From the NCBI GenBank assembly GCA_963828495.1, contig CAWHFJ010000009.1, positions 170,338 to 234,337 of the forward strand: 64,000 bases of DNA. Direction: 5' to 3'. Below the pieces are notes generated by a model. The model was not told the origin of the DNA, searched no databases, and saw nothing but the letters and a program-made list of their open reading frames with translations. The stretch comes from Candidatus Omnitrophota bacterium. GTDB lineage: Bacteria; Omnitrophota; Gorgyraeia; Zapsychrales; Fredricksoniimonadaceae. Shown piece by piece: positions 63,891 to 64,000 of this stretch (within the stretch, counting starts at the first letter, position 1; each line of letters opens with the position of its first letter). The translations under genes and the position numbers were made by a program.

Positions 63891-64000
63891 GAAATGTCTA
63901 TTTGAATATAAAACAGGCCAAAGCGTGACTCATTTGGCACTCATTTTTTCATATCCCCGTCCCCAGCCCCCGGTCCTAATCCCCAAATTTCAAATCAGTA

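Noticed and set aside
63841-64000. tmRNA (ssrA) 3' end extending past the right window edge.
   Set aside because: The acceptor 3' strand (TAGGGCT-A-CCA) cannot form the G3:U70 Ala-type acceptor with a GGGGC.. 5' end, and the T stem forms only 3 pairs. This cannot be fully excluded without the sequence beyond 64000.

Overview
Bacterial chromosomal window, almost entirely coding and strongly minus-strand biased; only 30.3-41.1 kb is plus-strand. All function calls come from reading motifs by eye, with no database search.

Core blocks:
- Purine operon: purB-purC-purS/L-LOG-purQ-[GIY-YIG insert]-purM-purD (1-8.8 kb).
- A polyprenyl synthase, hemW, an ABC-2 exporter, pgi and mnmA.
- Complete biotin operon birA-bioF-bioH-like-bioC-bioD-bioA (20.3-25.9 kb), with a bioO-like operator, preceded by tRNA-Ala(GGC) and tRNA-Leu(CAA).
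- rlmN, accA, a LysM/YkuD transpeptidase, comM, pta-ackA and several regulators.

Accessory content:
1. An 11.6-kb block bracketed by direct repeats of the comM 3' end. It holds an OMP, an AsnB-like amidotransferase, three SAM methyltransferases, a B12-radical-SAM enzyme, a GtrB-like GT2 and a YfhO-like membrane protein.
2. Two giant paralogous envelope proteins that share N- and C-terminal modules.
3. A ~6-kb mosaic (57.7-63.9 kb). It has two Fic proteins, each behind its own iteron array, and a decayed nitroreductase with a duplicated 3' end. It also has two tandem cassettes sharing an unannotated 42-codon basic ORF, a conserved leader and an identical terminator hairpin.
4. A 25-nt GNRA-hairpin repeat family (4 copies) bracketing a small GIY-YIG gene.

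At least 13 frame-breaking indels, mostly at short homopolymers, interrupt conserved genes, so pseudogene calls are provisional.
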